A stretch of 62,929 bases of DNA, the filler included, from Perkinsus chesapeaki ATCC PRA-425 (Eukaryota; Protista; Perkinsozoa): NCBI GenBank assembly GCA_013115145.1. It is 9 parts of 9 records of this genome, joined end to end, with 100 filler letters (N's around TTAATTAATTAA, not from the genome) between each part and the next. Parts side by side here need not be neighbours in the genome. Positions count along the whole stretch, not along the records: positions 60,102 to 61,425 come from JAAPAO010002039.1; positions 61,526 to 62,929 come from JAAPAO010001980.1; 7 more parts are not named here. One strand, 5' to 3'. How positions within the stretch are numbered: the first letter of the stretch is position 1; the number at the start of each line of letters is the position of its first letter. The translations under genes and the position numbers were made by a program. The notes below the pieces were generated by a model. That model was not told where the DNA came from. It worked only from the letters and a program-made list of their open reading frames with translations, and searched no databases. This document shows positions 60,102 through 62,929 of the stretch, piece after piece.

Positions 60102-61192
60102 CTGCCTGGATTGGTAGAATGGAAATGCTCCAGCCCAATACTCCCTACCTTCGCAGTATGGATGCTAGGGAAAGTAAGCTCGCTATTCATTCTCAGTAAG
60201 CTCGCAGTACTTTAAATCTTTCTAAACTGTGTTTCTGCGACCCCGAAATTCGCATACTGGTATATGCTCCATTCTGTGATACACGGAGTCTTATCTTCCT
60301 GCTACGTTAAGTAGAGATTGCTCGGAACCCTTCTTATACAGTGAATCTGTTTTACTTTTCTTACGCATGTCTTTTGCGTTTAGTCACGGGAAATTGCATC
60401 CAGTAACTATGTGGGCGAAATGGGGGGTTTGGGTATATCGGCTGAGCAGGACTTTGCGTTGCTGTCCGCTCTTGTGGAATGGGGTTACGAAAATCATGCA
60501 TGATGAAAAGATCAAATTTCTGAGGCTCCCGCCGAATGTTTCAACAGCTTCTCGACAACAAGTATGCTAGAGAAACCGCTACAATGAGAAAACTCTGTTC
60601 GCTCAAGCGCCGCACCAACTTCCACCTTGGGAGAATGTGTATACTACGCCATACAGAACACGCCATACAGACGCTCTCAAAAACCTGGCTCGAACGTTAA
60701 CTATTGCCAGGCGATGAACGTATTCTTGCTCACGCAAACATTCACGGTTGAGACTATACATCCACGACAACGTCAACTTGACAGTAACTCTGAGGAATGC
60801 GCGGCACTTGAAGCCCTCGTGATAGTCTCCGAGAACAAATGGAGAATCAGCGTGCGTTTAGAGTCAGTATCAGTTTTACAATTCCCACTATTATCCCGAA
60901 AACTTCCTGCTATCCTGTACTATCTAACAGTACTATCATACTGGAAACGACTATACAGATATTCACGCTAGAGAATACACAACATCTTTGTCCCTCCGAG
61001 CACTTGGCTCAGCAACTGAGCCAAGTAAGCTGAGCCTCAGCTTAAGAATCTTCCTAGCGTGAAGTAGCGTCATAGCTAGTATGAGGTCATAAGGCATTGA
61101 AGAGTTATGAAGAGGTCGTGTTCGAACATGAGCTCAAGTCGCACTTCGTTTTGTTATCGTTCTTTTCAGTTTTATTTGCAATTGTTAATATC

Positions 61193-61425
61193 ATGGCTGA
61201 AAAGCAAAGTCTACCCGTGATTCTTTCAATGGGTGCTTATCCATTCAACATCCTAGAATGGCTTGCTGTCATTGTGATAATGTTGTTGTGTACACCAATC
61301 ATCCTGATTGGCGTGCTCATGACTGGTTTGGTGCATCTGATGCAGCGACCTTTATTCAATATGGGTTATCCTTACAACCTCAAGCCAGTTAGGGCAACTC
61401 GTAAGGAGTATGCTGTTGTAACCGG
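61193..61425 (+). CDS. N-terminus of a membrane-anchored short-chain dehydrogenase/reductase (truncated)
   Basis: Hydrophobic N-terminal segment followed by RKEYAVVTG at the contig end, the start of the SDR TGxxxGIG Rossmann motif. Confidence 0.55.
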
Positions 61426-61525
61426 NNNNNNNNNNNNNNNNNNNNNNNNNNNNNNNNNNNNNNNNNNNNTTAATTAATTAANNNNNNNNNNNNNNNNNNN
61501 NNNNNNNNNNNNNNNNNNNNNNNNN
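61426..61525. other. Artificial contig-joining linker
   Basis: 44 N + TTAATTAATTAA + 44 N. Confidence 0.98.
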
Positions 61526-62929
61526 AATCTCAGTACCGGGGATGATGCGAGAGTTGCGTCTGAAGAGGGCTTTGCTGAGATACCGATCCCACTTGTGCTG
61601 GACGCTGTTGCAGAGGCAAGGAAGTGTCGCCTTGATAGATCTATGGCAGCGTTCCAGTTGGCCATTGCACCAGGGGCAGGACACAGGTACTTTCCATGGG
61701 CGAATGCCAAAGGAAGCGCACCATGATAAGAATGCAGTGCTTGAAAATGCACTTCCATTGTCGGAAGCTATTTCCTTGACCCGGCCGGACACATCTGGAA
61801 CTGTTCTCTAGATGTATTGTAGATCATGTTCTAGTAGAACATGGCGTTCAAGAGCATTGCAGATCTCGTAGGAGGTCGCCTTTTTAAGAGGAATGCCACC
61901 AACGAAACCAGACGTCGCATCAAGCCATGTTAAGACGAAACGATAACCACCATCAGGACCTCTAGTGGGTGGCAAAGGGCCGACCAGGTCGATATAGATG
62001 AGCTCCATAGTATCACGACGGTGACGTAGGGACTGTCCAAGACTCTTGGACCAAGAGTTCTCGAGTTGCGGATAGCACGGGAGAGGAAGCACCGACATGA
62101 TGCTAAGACCTTGGCAGCCTCGACGGAAAGGCCGACGACGTAGAAGACTTCCTTGACAATACTCAGAGTCTGCTGGAGGCCGCAATGCCCATGCTCGGTG
62201 TGGACCCTGGTGACGATATTGAAGGTTAACTTGTTAACCCAGGTTAAATACCGATACGGATGGTCGCGTCGCTCCGCTAGTAATTTGTAGTGCGGAGATG
62301 AAACCGTAAGGCGTTCGGATATTTCCCGCGTTCCGCCTCTCAATGATAAGTTATCATATTTTAGTCGAGGTCTGTGGAGCTTCTTCTTTTTATCCCTAAC
62401 CCACCACTCCCGGGAGCAGGTACCGAAGAGGGTGCAGACACGCACTGTCGGAAATGCCGACTCGGCACACTCCGAGTCTGTGACACATAGTCTGTGTACC
62501 TGAGTCACAGTGACTCAGGCTGAGTGTCTTTCCAAGACACCCAGAAGACATCTCGCATGAAAGTGGCTGGGGTGAACGAAGGCAAGAAAGCATGCTTCTG
62601 CTCAATGTCGTCGCCTTCAGCAGCGAGACCGCAGTTGGTAGCATGACAGAAGTGAACCGTAGGCTTAGGAGAGGAAGTTGTTGGAGTTTCCACTGACCTA
62701 GCTATGGCATCAGCTATGGCAGGAAGACTGCCGTGCTCTGCCCACGTGGTTAGGCGGACACAGCGTTGATAGGTTTGCCATTTAGTGAGATAGCTGCCGA
62801 TGCCGAACTCGGTCTCGACGGAGTGCCAGTGCTTACCAACGTTAGCATTGTCAGTGACAGCCACAACCTTGCCGGAGAGGAGACCTTGGTTGTTGTGGGT
62901 GATGCTGAGTAAGGCAGCGCGTTCGCGCC
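61526..62929 (-). mobile_element. Degenerate Ty3/Gypsy LTR retrotransposon pol (RNase H end - integrase)
   Basis: RH end EHGSLPAIADAIAR, integrase zinc region VHTEHGHCGLQQTL...CRC, LIYIDLVGPLP, FVLTWLDATSGF, IASDNGSAF and NGQLERCHRSIK. Broken by stops and frameshifts. Confidence 0.9.

Noticed and set aside
20399-61525. Eight identical TTAATTAATTAA units spaced through the window, resembling a repeat family or array
   Set aside because: Each is centred in exactly 44+44 N. This is a standard six-frame-stop assembly linker, so adjacency across linkers has no biological meaning.

Overview
Eukaryotic, intron-rich DNA, most consistent with a perkinsid alveolate such as Perkinsus. This is an inference from the short GT-AG introns, head-to-tail gene packing, the PPR and secreted-protein families and the transposon content. 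The window is not one locus: it is nine unrelated contigs joined by eight artificial 100-bp linkers (44 N + TTAATTAATTAA + 44 N). Recognisable host genes are an axonemal dynein intermediate chain (DNAI3/WDR63), a PPR protein, an MDR-family quinone oxidoreductase, RecQ helicase, pinin with an RS tail, a class I/II PLP aminotransferase, a METTL13-like dual methyltransferase, a mitochondrial oxoglutarate/malate (DTC-type) carrier, partial GAD-like and SDR genes, a signal-peptide GNAT, tRNA-Lys(CTT) and a truncated tRNA-Ser(AGA). Mobile DNA comprises a Harbinger relic, a Mutator-like element, a DIRS/Ngaro-like retrotransposon and a decayed Ty3/Gypsy pol. Two things stand out. First, five predicted, phase-compatible introns join four ORFs of the supplied track into one roughly 1185-aa Pif1-helicase / Mutator transposase / SWIM / PHD fusion (13771-18036, minus strand). 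Second, a 2-kb contig (49192-51258) of foreign composition carries intronless orphan ORFs and may derive from a large DNA virus. All gene models were derived by eye, so boundaries are approximate unless stated.
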